DNA from: Candidatus Multivoradales bacterium
GTDB lineage: Bacteria > Acidobacteriota > Thermoanaerobaculia > Multivoradales > J023
Direction of reading: 5' to 3'
Length of the DNA: 64,000 nucleotides
Assembly (NCBI GenBank): GCA_965248925.1
Contig: CBDFLE010000006.1
Location: 3,744,001-3,808,000 of the forward strand
Made by a program: the position numbers and the translations under genes. The notes under the pieces were generated by a model. That model saw nothing but the letters and a program-made list of their open reading frames with translations, did no database searches and was not told the DNA's origin. Of this stretch, positions 26,090 to 35,994 are shown piece by piece (position 1 is the first letter of the stretch; each line of letters begins with the position of its first letter).

Positions 26090-28501
26090 GTGACGAGTTT
26101 CTTGCTCAGTGACCTGCGTTTTGCTTGGCGGAGATGGCGCCGGCGGCCAGCTTTCCCATTGGTTGTGCTGCTGATCACGAGTTTCGGAGTCGGCTCGCTC
26201 AGTGCCGTTTTCAGTGTTCTCGACAGTACTCTTCTCAGACCCCTACCCTATCCACAAGCCAGCCGCTTGGTGCTGGTTGGACGAGGTTTGCAGTCGGTGG
26301 CGCTCTTTGCCCATTGGCAAGCGAGTTTGCGCGGTGTCGAGTTGCTGGCGGCGGCCAGGCCGGCTGGTCCCATGGCCCTGACCGGTGAGCACATCCCGGC
26401 CAGGGTGTTGGCCACCGAAGTGAGCCGCGAGCTATTTCCCTTGCTCGGCGCGAAAGCCGCCGCGGGCCGCCTTTTCGAACCAGAGGATTTCACTAGTCGG
26501 GCCGAGCGACTGGTTCTCAGCCACCAGATCTGGCATCGCCGCTGGGCGGGTGATCCTGGAGTGATCGGCAGCAGGATCAAACTGGGGGGCCGGCTCTGGA
26601 CAATCACCGGTGTCCTGAGCCCATCGTTCGTGCCGCCCTCCAGGGTGACTGGCGAGCAGGTCGATATTTGGTTACCGCTCCATCGTGAGGCCGACGATTC
26701 GGGCGCTTGGCGCAGCCATTCATTGCGGGTGATCGGTCGACTTGGTGCGGGAGGGACTCTCGAATCAGCAAGCGCCGACCTGCTCGAAGTGGACGCCAGG
26801 CTTGCAGAACAGATCCCCGAGCATCGTACCAATCTGCGAGGTGATGCAAAGTTCACGGCTTTGTTGCCGCTCAAGAGCGCAACGGTCAGTGAGGTCGAAG
26901 GCAAGTTGTGGATGATCTGGCTTGCCGCCGCGGCGCTGCTGCTGATCGCTAATGCAAACCTCGCGGGCTTCTTCCTGGCCGATGGCAGAGAACGGACACA
27001 GGAACTGAAAATGCGGGCTGTTCTTGGGGCTACTAGCGGCCGATTGTTGCGTCAACTCTTGCTAGAGGCGTTGGTTCTTGCCTTCCTGGGAGGAGGCTTG
27101 GGGCTGGTTCTCGCTGTCGCGGGCCAGAAGATCCTGGTGGCCTTTCGGCCAATCGAGATCCCTCGTCTTGGCGAGGCAGTCTTCGATTTTCGGCTGTTCT
27201 TTTTCGCGCTCTCGGTAGCTGGGATTACTGCTCTAGCAATCGGTCTTGCACCGGCCATCCAGGCGGTTCGGCGAGCCTGTAACGGTAGTTTCGCGGGCAG
27301 TGCGAGCGGCCAGCGACGGGGGTGGCGGGCTGAAGGCTTGTGGGTCGTTGGGGAGATCACCATGACTCTGGTTCTGCTCACCGCTGCCGTTCTCATGCTG
27401 CAAGGTTTCTCGAAGCTGGTCAACACCGAGCCCGGTTTCGTGGTGCAGGGTCTTACCAGGGCCGAGGTGACTCTGGGCGATGAGTACACGCCAGAACAAC
27501 GGCTTCATTTCGCTGACTCTTTGCTGGAGCGGTTGCGGGCCACCGCGGGCGTCACTTCAGCAGCGGTGGCCTGGAGCCTGCCCTTCGATGCTATCGGCGG
27601 TGCTCAATGTTGCCTCCTCACCCACCTCTCGGATCCGGCAGGGGGAGAAGCCATCGCCGCTTTGGTTCACCCGGTCAGTCCAGGATATTTCCGAGTCCTG
27701 AGCGCCCGTCTAGTTCGCGGAAGAGACCTGCGCCAGGGGGATGAGAGAGCTGCATCGGTGCCGGTTGTTATCAACCAGGCCCTCTCTCAACATCTTTTTC
27801 AGAATGGAAAAACACTGCACCGTTTCCTCAGCATGGAAAGCCCGCGCGCGCTCGAGCTGGTCGTGGTGGGCGTCGTCGAGGACCTGCGTTACTGGGATCT
27901 GCTCGAGCCGGTAGGCCCAGCGATGTACCTGCCCTATTCGCGACTTGGGGGTCTCTTGAGTGAGCTGCGCATCGTCTTGCGAACCAGCACGAGTCTCACC
28001 GGGGACCTTGCCGCTGGCCTGCGCTCCGCTATTGGGGCGATCGACCCGGAATTGCCCGTCGCAGGAATAGAAACCCTGGAATCGCGATTCGTATCCGCCA
28101 CTCGCCCGGAGAGGTTTTACTCGGCTTTGGTCGGGTTCTTTGCCGCGTTGGCGGTGCTGGTTACAGCCGTTGGAATAGGTGCTTCCTTGCTTTACTCAGT
28201 CAGCCGGCGCGAGGGGGAGTTAGCCGTCCGGCTAGCACTTGGTGCTGGTAGCGGCGATCTCTTCTGGGCTGTGACCTGTCGGATCGTCGTCTGGGTGAGT
28301 TTGGGGCTGGGCGTCGCACTGTTGCTATCAGTTGCGATGTCGAGTTTCCTGAATCGGGTGGTTCCGTGGACGGAACCCTTAGGGGCAGGAGTGTTCTTGG
28401 GAGCGGTACTGCTCTTTGGTGTGGTTACTGTTCCAGCGCTCTTGATTCCAGCTTTGAAGGCCGCCGGGAGTGATCCGGCGAAAGTTCTAAAGCGCTTATA
28501 G
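26090..28501 (+). CDS. ADOP-type duplicated MacB/FtsX ABC permease
   Basis: SDLRFAWR, LLRPLPYP, LLLIANANLA, ELKMRAVLGA, second half REGELAVRLALGA and DPAKVLK. No cognate ATPase adjacent. Confidence 0.9.
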   Translation: MTSFLLSDLRFAWRRWRRRPAFPLVVLLITSFGVGSLSAVFSVLDSTLLRPLPYPQASRLVLVGRGLQSVALFAHWQASLRGVELLAAARPAGPMALTGEHIPARVLATEVSRELFPLLGAKAAAGRLFEPEDFTSRAERLVLSHQIWHRRWAGDPGVIGSRIKLGGRLWTITGVLSPSFVPPSRVTGEQVDIWLPLHREADDSGAWRSHSLRVIGRLGAGGTLESASADLLEVDARLAEQIPEHRTNLRGDAKFTALLPLKSATVSEVEGKLWMIWLAAAALLLIANANLAGFFLADGRERTQELKMRAVLGATSGRLLRQLLLEALVLAFLGGGLGLVLAVAGQKILVAFRPIEIPRLGEAVFDFRLFFFALSVAGITALAIGLAPAIQAVRRACNGSFAGSASGQRRGWRAEGLWVVGEITMTLVLLTAAVLMLQGFSKLVNTEPGFVVQGLTRAEVTLGDEYTPEQRLHFADSLLERLRATAGVTSAAVAWSLPFDAIGGAQCCLLTHLSDPAGGEAIAALVHPVSPGYFRVLSARLVRGRDLRQGDERAASVPVVINQALSQHLFQNGKTLHRFLSMESPRALELVVVGVVEDLRYWDLLEPVGPAMYLPYSRLGGLLSELRIVLRTSTSLTGDLAAGLRSAIGAIDPELPVAGIETLESRFVSATRPERFYSALVGFFAALAVLVTAVGIGASLLYSVSRREGELAVRLALGAGSGDLFWAVTCRIVVWVSLGLGVALLLSVAMSSFLNRVVPWTEPLGAGVFLGAVLLFGVVTVPALLIPALKAAGSDPAKVLKRL

Positions 28502-28551
28502 AGCATGCCTGATGGTCAAGTGTGCAATAAACCAATAAGGGAGATAATACG

Positions 28552-29202
28552 ATGTTGTATCTCAGAAGCAGATCATGGTGCGCCCGCTGTTTTATTTGCT
28601 GGCTGTTCCTTTTGATCTCGTTGGTCGTCCAGCCGGTCTATGCACAAGACTCAGGTGCCGAACTGAGCCCCCTCTTGGCATTGGAGATAACCCATCCCGA
28701 GGGCCGGATTCTCTTGGATCTGCTCGTAGAATCCGATGGCCCGGTCACGATCCCGATCGAGACCGAGTGGGTGCGTGGTCTATTGGTGGCGACCGATCTT
28801 GAAGGGGATCATCTGCGAGTGGATTTCAGCGGCATCTACGACGATGCTTCGACCTTACAACTTGGCACCTATTGGTTCGACCTGCCTGAACACTGGTCCG
28901 AGTTGAGAATCGCGCACCTTCTCGGATCCGGCAAGGCTCTGGATTGGCCTGAGCCTTCGCCGCAGCTCGAAACCGCGCCGCTACCGCTTCTCGAACTAGA
29001 CTCCGCCGGACTCAACGGCTGGTCGATCAGGCTTTCGACTTCTCCTCTGCTAACCAAGGGCAGCTGCTCGTGTTGCAGGTGTGGGAGCCTTCTTTGCTGC
29101 CCGAACAGCGGCCGTTGTCTCGGCTGCGGCAACTGTGGGAATTGTTGTTGCGTCAATGATGAGGGTGGCGGCACGCCTCCTAGCCCAGAGCAAAAGGGTT
29201 AG
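28552..29202 (+). CDS. Secreted protein with Cys-rich C-terminal domain
   Basis: AAGGGAG RBS, signal peptide ending VYA-Q, and CSCCRCGSLLCCPNSGRCLGCGNCGNCCC near the C-terminus. Confidence 0.75.
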   Translation: MLYLRSRSWCARCFICWLFLLISLVVQPVYAQDSGAELSPLLALEITHPEGRILLDLLVESDGPVTIPIETEWVRGLLVATDLEGDHLRVDFSGIYDDASTLQLGTYWFDLPEHWSELRIAHLLGSGKALDWPEPSPQLETAPLPLLELDSAGLNGWSIRLSTSPLLTKGSCSCCRCGSLLCCPNSGRCLGCGNCGNCCCVNDEGGGTPPSPEQKG

Positions 29203-29229
29203 TTGCTCTCGATCTAGCATGTAGCGGTC

Positions 29230-29265
29230 AGAGTCAGGCACTGTTGAGAGCGAGTGCCTGGCTCT
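29230..29265 (+). terminator. 13-bp stem-loop after Cys-rich gene
   Basis: AGAGTCAGGCACT-N10-AGTGCCTGGCTCT with one G-U pair. No U-tract, so a terminator role is uncertain. Confidence 0.4.
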
Positions 29266-29493
29266 CTGAGACCTCAGATCTGCGGTGGATGTTTGCCGCA
29301 GCGCCGACCCGCAACCTGCTGTCCTGGCTCACACGGGCTCGCTCAGCCCTCACCCGTGGTTCCGGCGGAGGCTGCAACCCTGGGGCAGAGCAGGCCACCT
29401 TCGCCTTTCTTTGCAGCTTTCCTCTCAAGTCTTGTCCGGTTCGGGCCGCGCTTGCCGAGATACCCGTCGAAGCTTGGTGTCCGCAACGACGAA

Positions 29494-30150
29494 GTGGAGG
29501 ACGGCACGGCGTCCAATGTTCTTGCCTCGGAGTTGGGTGAGCGCTCGGGCGATGGTTTTCTGGTCGTCTGGGACTACATCGACGGTCCCGATGGCCTGTA
29601 CGGGCAGGTTTTCGATGGCTCCGCCGTGGCGCAAGGCAGCCCGATCGAGGTGACGGCCGGCAGCTATGGCAACGCCCGTCTCCAGGGCTTGGATACTGGC
29701 GGATTGATGGCTGTTTGGCGCTCGGGTCTCAGCCGAGCCAAGCGGCGCAGTTTCGATGCGTCGGCAACCGGTGCGGCCGCGGTCGACATCAGCCCGTTGG
29801 CTGGCCTGCAGCGATGGACCGACGTGACGGCGTTGCCCGGTGGCCGAGCGGCGGTGACTTGGCTGACGATTCCAGACAATGGACCGTACCGCATTGACGC
29901 CCAGCTGATCACCGCCGACTCCCAGATCGACACTGAGTGGCAAGTCGACACCGCGGCGGTGTCGCTGAATCGCTCGCGGATCGCCTACGATCCCGCGTCT
30001 GCTCAGCTGATCATTCTGTGGACTCGGCTTGGGTCAGCCAATGGTGACCAAGAAGACATCATCCTACGGCGCTACAGTCTCGAGACGCCGATTTTCATCG
30101 ATGGTTTCGAGAGCGGGGATTTGCTGGGCTGGTCCGGCTCGGTCCTCTAG
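29494..30150 (+). pseudogene. Probable 5'-truncated secreted beta-repeat protein with IFIDGFESGD tail
   Basis: Repeating GxxxVxW units (GDGFLVVW, GGLMAVW, GGRAAVTW), ending PIFIDGFESGDLLGWS. No signal peptide, and the ORF region upstream of ~29480 looks non-coding. Confidence 0.5.
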
Positions 30151-30351
30151 CTGCCTTCGTCACTCAGAAGAGGTACTCACCTCCGCTCGCGGGCGAAGGT
30201 TGGGGTCGAAATCACTCGCTAAGCCGGCGGCAGAGAGCACGAAGATGAGAGTGCTGCTCGTACCCGGCCACTTCGACTCTCGGCTCGTAGCCCAGGTTGG
30301 CGGCCAGCGGGCGAGCAAGCCTGCTCATTCGAAGCTGCCGACTGAAAGTGC

Positions 30352-30762
30352 TCAGCTGCCAAGGTGTATCACCAGCCGGCGCGGGTTGCGTTGGCGGCGG
30401 TGCTCCCAGAGGAAGATGCCTTGCCAGGTGCCGAGGGTCAGTCGGCCTCCGGAGATAGGGATGGCCAGGGAAGTGGCGGTGAGGGCGGCGCGGATGTGCG
30501 AGGGCATATCGTCGGGGCCTTCGGCGGTGTGGGTGTAGAGGGGGTCGTTCTCAGGCGCCAGGCGGGCCAGCCAGCGTTCGAGGTCGTGGCGGGCGGAGGG
30601 GTCGGCGTTTTCTTGGATGGTCAGGCTGGCCGAGGTGTGTTGCAGGAAGAGGGTGCAAAGACCTTCTTCGAGGCCGCCGTGCTGGACCACAGCGGCAACC
30701 AGACCGGTAATTTCGTGCAGGCCGGGGCCGTTGCCGGGCAGGGTGATTTTCTCTACGCTCAT
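30352..30762 (-). CDS. yjbQ: YjbQ/UPF0047 family protein
   Basis: Motifs HTSASLTIQENADP, HTAEGPDDMPSHI and LGTWQGIFLWEHR. Confidence 0.93.
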   Translation of the reverse strand: MSVEKITLPGNGPGLHEITGLVAAVVQHGGLEEGLCTLFLQHTSASLTIQENADPSARHDLERWLARLAPENDPLYTHTAEGPDDMPSHIRAALTATSLAIPISGGRLTLGTWQGIFLWEHRRQRNPRRLVIHLGS

Positions 30763-31080
30763 CTCGCTTCTCCTCCGGTCGGTGATGATAGCAAGGGCTT
30801 CGGGATAAGCTGAGTCCAACCTCTGGACCGAGAGCGAGCGATTCGACTATGAGCATCAGGCGCAGAATGACCCTCTCCTTCGCTGCTGCAAGAAGTGACT
30901 GACACCACTCGCCCGCTGCCAGCAGGCTCGGTTCTCAGGAGATGAAGGAGAAAGCTGTGGAGGCGATGGCGAGAAGGGAGACGGCGTGTTTCATCAGGGC
31001 CCTTTCGGTCGTCGGTGATGCGGTAAAGCAGTTCTACCAGAGCCGAGGGCAGCCCTTCGACAGTTCTCGGTGGTGGCCGG

Positions 31081-32253
31081 TCAGGGGCTGGTCCGTAACG
31101 TTGTGAGCTTCGCCAACGCTCGATCGAGCTGTGGAGCGCGCCGACTCCAAGCATAGCGTTCTAGCCCCCGGCGGAGGGTCGCCGCTGCGAATTTGCTGCT
31201 GTCTCCGCGGGCGAGTTCGGGCCGCTGGACGAGGCTTCGCAGCCGCTCTGCTAGCTCGGTCGAGCTACCGTCGTAGAGCAGCTGTTGTTGGGCCGCCGCG
31301 GGCACTTCTCGCAGCAGTTCGGGATAGGCCAGACGGTTGGGTAGCAGCGGCCGGCAGCCAGCGGCCATGGCTTCGACCGCGCTGATACCGAAAAACTCGT
31401 GCCGAGCGCTGGAGACGAAAACATCAGCCGCCGCCAGCTTCGCCAGATAGTCGTCGCGGTTGGCGGCGAAGCCCCAATGTTCAAGATGGCTGGCTAGGAC
31501 TTGGCGCGCTTGGGCGAACACTTCCGGTACTTGGCGAAAGCTCTCGCCAAGCACGCTCAAGCGAAAGGACAAGTTCTCTCGGTGCAGCTGACCGAGGGCT
31601 TCAAACAACACGTCGGGCCCTTTGTCGTGCTCCCAGCGGGCCGCCCAGACGATGTGTAGTGGGCCCGACCGGCAGCTGCTAATCGCCGCTGGAAACTCGA
31701 CACCGGGAGCCTGCACCGTCGCCTTTTCGGCCACCGCTGCGACCGCTTCGCGGGGTTGAAAGTCGGGCATCTGGCGCACCAAGCGGTGGGCGGCGGTGAG
31801 AAAGTCGCGGCGATGAAAGGCAGAGTTGAACCACACCGCACCGGCGGCCAGGGCGCTGGTCAGATTGGTGAAGCCGAAATGCAAATCTCTCTCTTTGGGT
31901 TGGCGCACGGGATAGGTGAGTTGGTTTTCGTGCAAGTAGAGCACCGCGGGCAGCCCCGCGGCGGTGGCGCTTAGGCCGCGTAGTTGGGCCAAATCGAGCA
32001 TGTCGGAGGCCCACAGAACATCCCACGGTTTGCGGTCCAGCTCCTCGATCGCTGTTGCCATGCTGATCGGCGCATGACGCATGCGCCACTTCCAGTGATG
32101 GGGCGGCAGGGTGAGCAGTTTGAACTGGTGCCGGCTGTGGGCGATCCAACCATCGATGAAAGCGCGATGGCTGCCGCCGTAGTAGGGCTCCAGCGCCAGC
32201 ACCCGCAGCGGGGCGGTTGCTTCCTCCGGGGGCTGGTGATCAGGGGCCATCAA
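31081..32253 (-). CDS. DUF3524/GT4 glycosyltransferase (GTDC1/QTMAN-like)
   Basis: Motifs LEPYYGGSHR, WKWRMRH, YLHENQLTYP, FNSAFH, RWEHDKGP, HEFFGISAVEA and PNRLAYPE. Confidence 0.88.
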   Translation of the reverse strand: MMAPDHQPPEEATAPLRVLALEPYYGGSHRAFIDGWIAHSRHQFKLLTLPPHHWKWRMRHAPISMATAIEELDRKPWDVLWASDMLDLAQLRGLSATAAGLPAVLYLHENQLTYPVRQPKERDLHFGFTNLTSALAAGAVWFNSAFHRRDFLTAAHRLVRQMPDFQPREAVAAVAEKATVQAPGVEFPAAISSCRSGPLHIVWAARWEHDKGPDVLFEALGQLHRENLSFRLSVLGESFRQVPEVFAQARQVLASHLEHWGFAANRDDYLAKLAAADVFVSSARHEFFGISAVEAMAAGCRPLLPNRLAYPELLREVPAAAQQQLLYDGSSTELAERLRSLVQRPELARGDSSKFAAATLRRGLERYAWSRRAPQLDRALAKLTTLRTSP

Positions 32254-32264
32254 CCTGGTTTTGC

Positions 32265-34097
32265 CTACCCAGATGGGCTTTTGCAGTGTAGGCGAAAGCG
32301 CCTTCGCAGCAGGCGGTGCTCGTGCAGAGCAACCTTACGCAGGAGTTCTATCGCCTCTGCTTCGAACCAGCGTCGATGTAGTGCGGTGTGGCGCTCGATC
32401 AGCCACCGGCCTTCTTCATCGTGGCTCAGGATCTGCCGCGACTGAGCCACTGCTTCGCTGACTTCTTCGTTGGCCGCCGCTGGCGGGCACCAAGCCGCCG
32501 GCAGGCGCAGCCGCCAGCGCGCTTGGTGCGAGCCGGCCAAGAGAGACAGGTCCTGGTCGAGTTCGTCGAGTTCACGCGGTGCCGGCAGGTGGGCGGGGCC
32601 GGGCAAGCGCAGCGAGGGGCGAGCATTGGCAGCGCCTTGCACCAGGTCGGTGAACCGAACAGCCGCCTGCACTTCGACGGTGGGGGCCGGGCCGTCGAGC
32701 TGGCGCCAGCTGAGCTGGGTCGGCTGGCTGCCCGGAAGCAGGTTGTCGAGTAAGGTGCGCAGCGGTTCGTTGGCCTTCAGCGGTGGCTGTTCTTCGATCG
32801 CCTGGGTGAGGGCGCTGGCGACGCGGCCCACCAGGATTAGCTGCAAGTCACCGCTGGCGTCGCCACCCTCGTCGAGTGATAGGTCGAGTTCGAGCCGGCG
32901 GCTCTCTTGGGCCGGACGCAAGGGGGTGCGCACCAAGCCGTTGTTGCCATCGCCGATCACCAGGGCGTGTTGTGCTTGCACCCAGGGAGCCAGCCACCCA
33001 GCGTTGCCGCGGGTTTGGGTGGGATCGATGAACAGCAAGCCCTCGGCGACGGGATCCTCGGCCTGGCTGTCGACAGCGCTGGCGTCGAGGGCGACGATCA
33101 AGTGATTGAATTGGTCGGGGGAGGGGAAATCGGGATCGATATCCTCTCTGTAGGAACCACGGATTAGCGCCGGGTAGGCGGCGATGCCAGCTTCGGCGAG
33201 CAGGTCGATCAGCAGCATCGACTTGTCCTTGCAATCGCCCCAACGGCGTTCCAGAACCTCTCCCGAGGGGCTCGGGCGAAAACCGCCGACCCCGACTTCG
33301 ACCGCCACGTAGCGCACCTGGCGGCGAACAAAGGCGACCAGTGCCTCGAGCTGTTGGCGGGAGGAGTCGTGGCCAGCGATCAGCTGCCGGGCCTGAGTCT
33401 TCAAGGCGGCGTCGGCAGGCTCGGTGTCGGCCACTAGGGCTTGGTACCAGCGCTCGACTTCGGCCCAGGTGCCGCTTCTGTCCCAGGCGAAGCGCAGTAG
33501 ATCGCCAGCGGCGGCTTCGAGATCATGGCCGACGATCAGTAGGCGGCCGCTTTGCTCGCTGATCTCCAAGCCTTCGGTGTCGACCTCCTCCAGGCTCCAC
33601 CGCAGCTGCTCGGGGGGGCCGTCGTAGCGGATCTCCAGGTGCAGGTGTTGGGTAGGTTCACTGAGCCTGACCACGTCCCCGCCGCTGGGAAAGTAGGGTT
33701 CAACGACTACGCGGGTGTCGATCTGCACCACCGATCCGGGGGCCAGGGAGCGAAAGCTGAGTACCTCGAACTGTTGGCTGCTGTGCAAAATGCCGCTGCT
33801 CGACAGCTCTATGCGGTCGCGATCGCGCCGCCGCACTTCGACCCGCTTGCCGTGGGCGTTGGTGGAGAATGCCTCGACGCTTTCCAGCTGACGGTTGTCG
33901 TCGAGGTAGATCGGGTAGTTGGTCCAGCTTTCGAGATCGCTGGCGTGGTCTAGCCGGACTCGCAGCAGCTGATGCTCACGCACCACTCCGTCGGCGGCGA
34001 TGTGGACCTCTAATCGTCGCTCAAGGATGGTTGCCGCGCTCGCCGGCAGGGCGAGCAGCAGACTACTGGCGCACCAGAACCAGACTCTGCGCATCAT
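32265..34097 (-). CDS. DUF3857 + transglutaminase-like protein (catalytic triad present)
   Basis: Signal peptide, VRYVAVEVGVGG, GDCKDKS (Cys), FNHLIV (His) and FIDPT (Asp). Confidence 0.85.
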   Translation of the reverse strand: MMRRVWFWCASSLLLALPASAATILERRLEVHIAADGVVREHQLLRVRLDHASDLESWTNYPIYLDDNRQLESVEAFSTNAHGKRVEVRRRDRDRIELSSSGILHSSQQFEVLSFRSLAPGSVVQIDTRVVVEPYFPSGGDVVRLSEPTQHLHLEIRYDGPPEQLRWSLEEVDTEGLEISEQSGRLLIVGHDLEAAAGDLLRFAWDRSGTWAEVERWYQALVADTEPADAALKTQARQLIAGHDSSRQQLEALVAFVRRQVRYVAVEVGVGGFRPSPSGEVLERRWGDCKDKSMLLIDLLAEAGIAAYPALIRGSYREDIDPDFPSPDQFNHLIVALDASAVDSQAEDPVAEGLLFIDPTQTRGNAGWLAPWVQAQHALVIGDGNNGLVRTPLRPAQESRRLELDLSLDEGGDASGDLQLILVGRVASALTQAIEEQPPLKANEPLRTLLDNLLPGSQPTQLSWRQLDGPAPTVEVQAAVRFTDLVQGAANARPSLRLPGPAHLPAPRELDELDQDLSLLAGSHQARWRLRLPAAWCPPAAANEEVSEAVAQSRQILSHDEEGRWLIERHTALHRRWFEAEAIELLRKVALHEHRLLRRRFRLHCKSPSG

Positions 34098-35994
34098 GAC
34101 GGGCGGCGGTGGAGAATTGCTCGCGCAGGGCGCCATAGCGCTGGCGACCGATGACGGCGACTGAACTGAGGTCGAAGCGTCGTTTGTATTCGACTCGGCG
34201 TTGCCCCTCGTCGACCTGCACCTCGTAGCTCAGCGCTCCGTCACGGTGATCGAGGGTGGTGGTCTCGGGTAGCAGGTCGATTTCCCATCCTTCAGGCCAG
34301 GTGACCTGGAGCGAGACCTGGTCGCGATCGGTAAAGGCGAGGAGTAGGGGGGTGGCCCGTTGTCCGGGCGGTTGATCGAAGATCTGAGTCAATGGACCGA
34401 ACGGGCGGCTGGGCTCGATGGTGGCTTCGTTGCCGAGCACTGTTTCCTCATGCTGCAGCAGCCCCCAGGTCAGTCCGACGGTGGTCGTCGCCACCGATTC
34501 CGCGACCTTTAGTTCACTGATTTCGAAATCTTCGAAGATTGCTTCCAACCATTCCTGCCATGCCTCGGTGGTGCCTTCCGGATCGTCCTGCCAGGCCAAT
34601 CGACGCCAGGCGTGGTGGCCGCTGAGCTGGAGTTCGCCGCTGCCGCTCAAGCGGCCCTCCGGGTCCAAAACCAGCTTGATCTGGGCCTGGCGCTGGCTGG
34701 CGGTGTAGGGGGTCTGGGGCAGAGCCACCAACTGCGGCTTGCGGCGGTCAACGATCAGCGCCTCGGTGCCTTCGAAGAAGGGAGCCAGGCGGCCAAAAGC
34801 GAGCTGCCGATCGCTGGGATCGAGGAAAATGCGTTGGTCGCCGAGGATCAGGGTCACCAGGGTGCGGTCAAACCACCAGGGATTGGCGACGCTGGTGTCG
34901 ATCTCCCCATCGGTGCGGTCGGCGGCCCACAACAGCTGGGCGTCGAGGCCGGCGGCATCGAGCATCACTTGCAGCAGCAGAGCTTTCTCGGTGATCAATC
35001 CCCGGCGCTTCTTGAGCACGCCATCGACGCTGGAATTGTTACCGAGATTGATCCAGCCTGTGGGCTCGGAGAGGATCTCGTCGCGGACGAAGCGGTAGAG
35101 GATCTCCGCCCGTTGGCGAGGATCTTTGGTGCTGGCCACCAGATCTTTGGCTTGCTTCTTGGCCGCTCTGCTGCGGCGACGGGCTTGGCCGTAGATCTCG
35201 GTTTCGAAGGTGCCACACACCGACTTCCAGCTGTCGAGCAGGGGCACCGGAGTGCTGTTGACCACCACTGTCTTGGGCACCAGCATGAAGCGGCTGGAGA
35301 GATCGGCATCGGGAAAAGCCCAGGGCTCCCGCGGCAGGCTGGGTAAGTCTTCCATCCACACTCGTAGCGAGAGGCCGCGGGTGGATTTCTGGTCGTCGAA
35401 TTGGATCTTGCGTTTACTGGTTTCGTTGCCCCAAGGCTCGAGGCCGAGGTTGTCGGGTTTGTCGTAAGTGATTTCCGACAGTAGGGTGGGTAGGTGGTTG
35501 TCGAAGAACCAGGGTTCGAGGTAGTAAAACGAGTCCCAGCGCACGACATAGTGGTAATCGAGAATCGCCCCCACCTGCACCGAGGGAAAGACCACTTTGG
35601 TGACGAAAGTGTTCTCTGCCCGCGAGGCTTGTTGCACGAAGATCGAGCCCTCGGGCACCGGTACCACGGTGCCATCGGGCAAGACGGTGCGGGCCTCCAG
35701 GCTCTTGAGGCGCAGGAAGTTACTGTGCCCGATGGCGACCTCGCCATGCTCGGCCCCTTCTTCGCGCAGGATCTTGAGCCGCACCTGGACATCGAGGAAC
35801 GACGACACCTCGCGGGGATAGTCGAGCATCTTCATCCGTGCCCGCTTGAACAGCACCACGGCAGTGGCCTCGGGCTGCCAGGCAACTTGCTCCAGGGCGC
35901 GCTCGGCATCACTGATCGGGGCGAAATCGGCGCTCGCCGCCGGGCGGGCTGCCAGGGCGAGCAAGAAGGCCAGGCAGAGGTTGATCTTGGGCAT
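34063..35994 (-). CDS. DUF3857 + transglutaminase-like protein (likely inactive)
   Basis: Signal peptide, RLKIL, ARTVLPDG and FPSVQVGAILDY. The catalytic positions read GLITEKA and FDRTLV (no Cys or His), followed by FLDPS. Confidence 0.82.
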   Translation of the reverse strand: MPKINLCLAFLLALAARPAASADFAPISDAERALEQVAWQPEATAVVLFKRARMKMLDYPREVSSFLDVQVRLKILREEGAEHGEVAIGHSNFLRLKSLEARTVLPDGTVVPVPEGSIFVQQASRAENTFVTKVVFPSVQVGAILDYHYVVRWDSFYYLEPWFFDNHLPTLLSEITYDKPDNLGLEPWGNETSKRKIQFDDQKSTRGLSLRVWMEDLPSLPREPWAFPDADLSSRFMLVPKTVVVNSTPVPLLDSWKSVCGTFETEIYGQARRRSRAAKKQAKDLVASTKDPRQRAEILYRFVRDEILSEPTGWINLGNNSSVDGVLKKRRGLITEKALLLQVMLDAAGLDAQLLWAADRTDGEIDTSVANPWWFDRTLVTLILGDQRIFLDPSDRQLAFGRLAPFFEGTEALIVDRRKPQLVALPQTPYTASQRQAQIKLVLDPEGRLSGSGELQLSGHHAWRRLAWQDDPEGTTEAWQEWLEAIFEDFEISELKVAESVATTTVGLTWGLLQHEETVLGNEATIEPSRPFGPLTQIFDQPPGQRATPLLLAFTDRDQVSLQVTWPEGWEIDLLPETTTLDHRDGALSYEVQVDEGQRRVEYKRRFDLSSVAVIGRQRYGALREQFSTAARHDAQSLVLVRQ

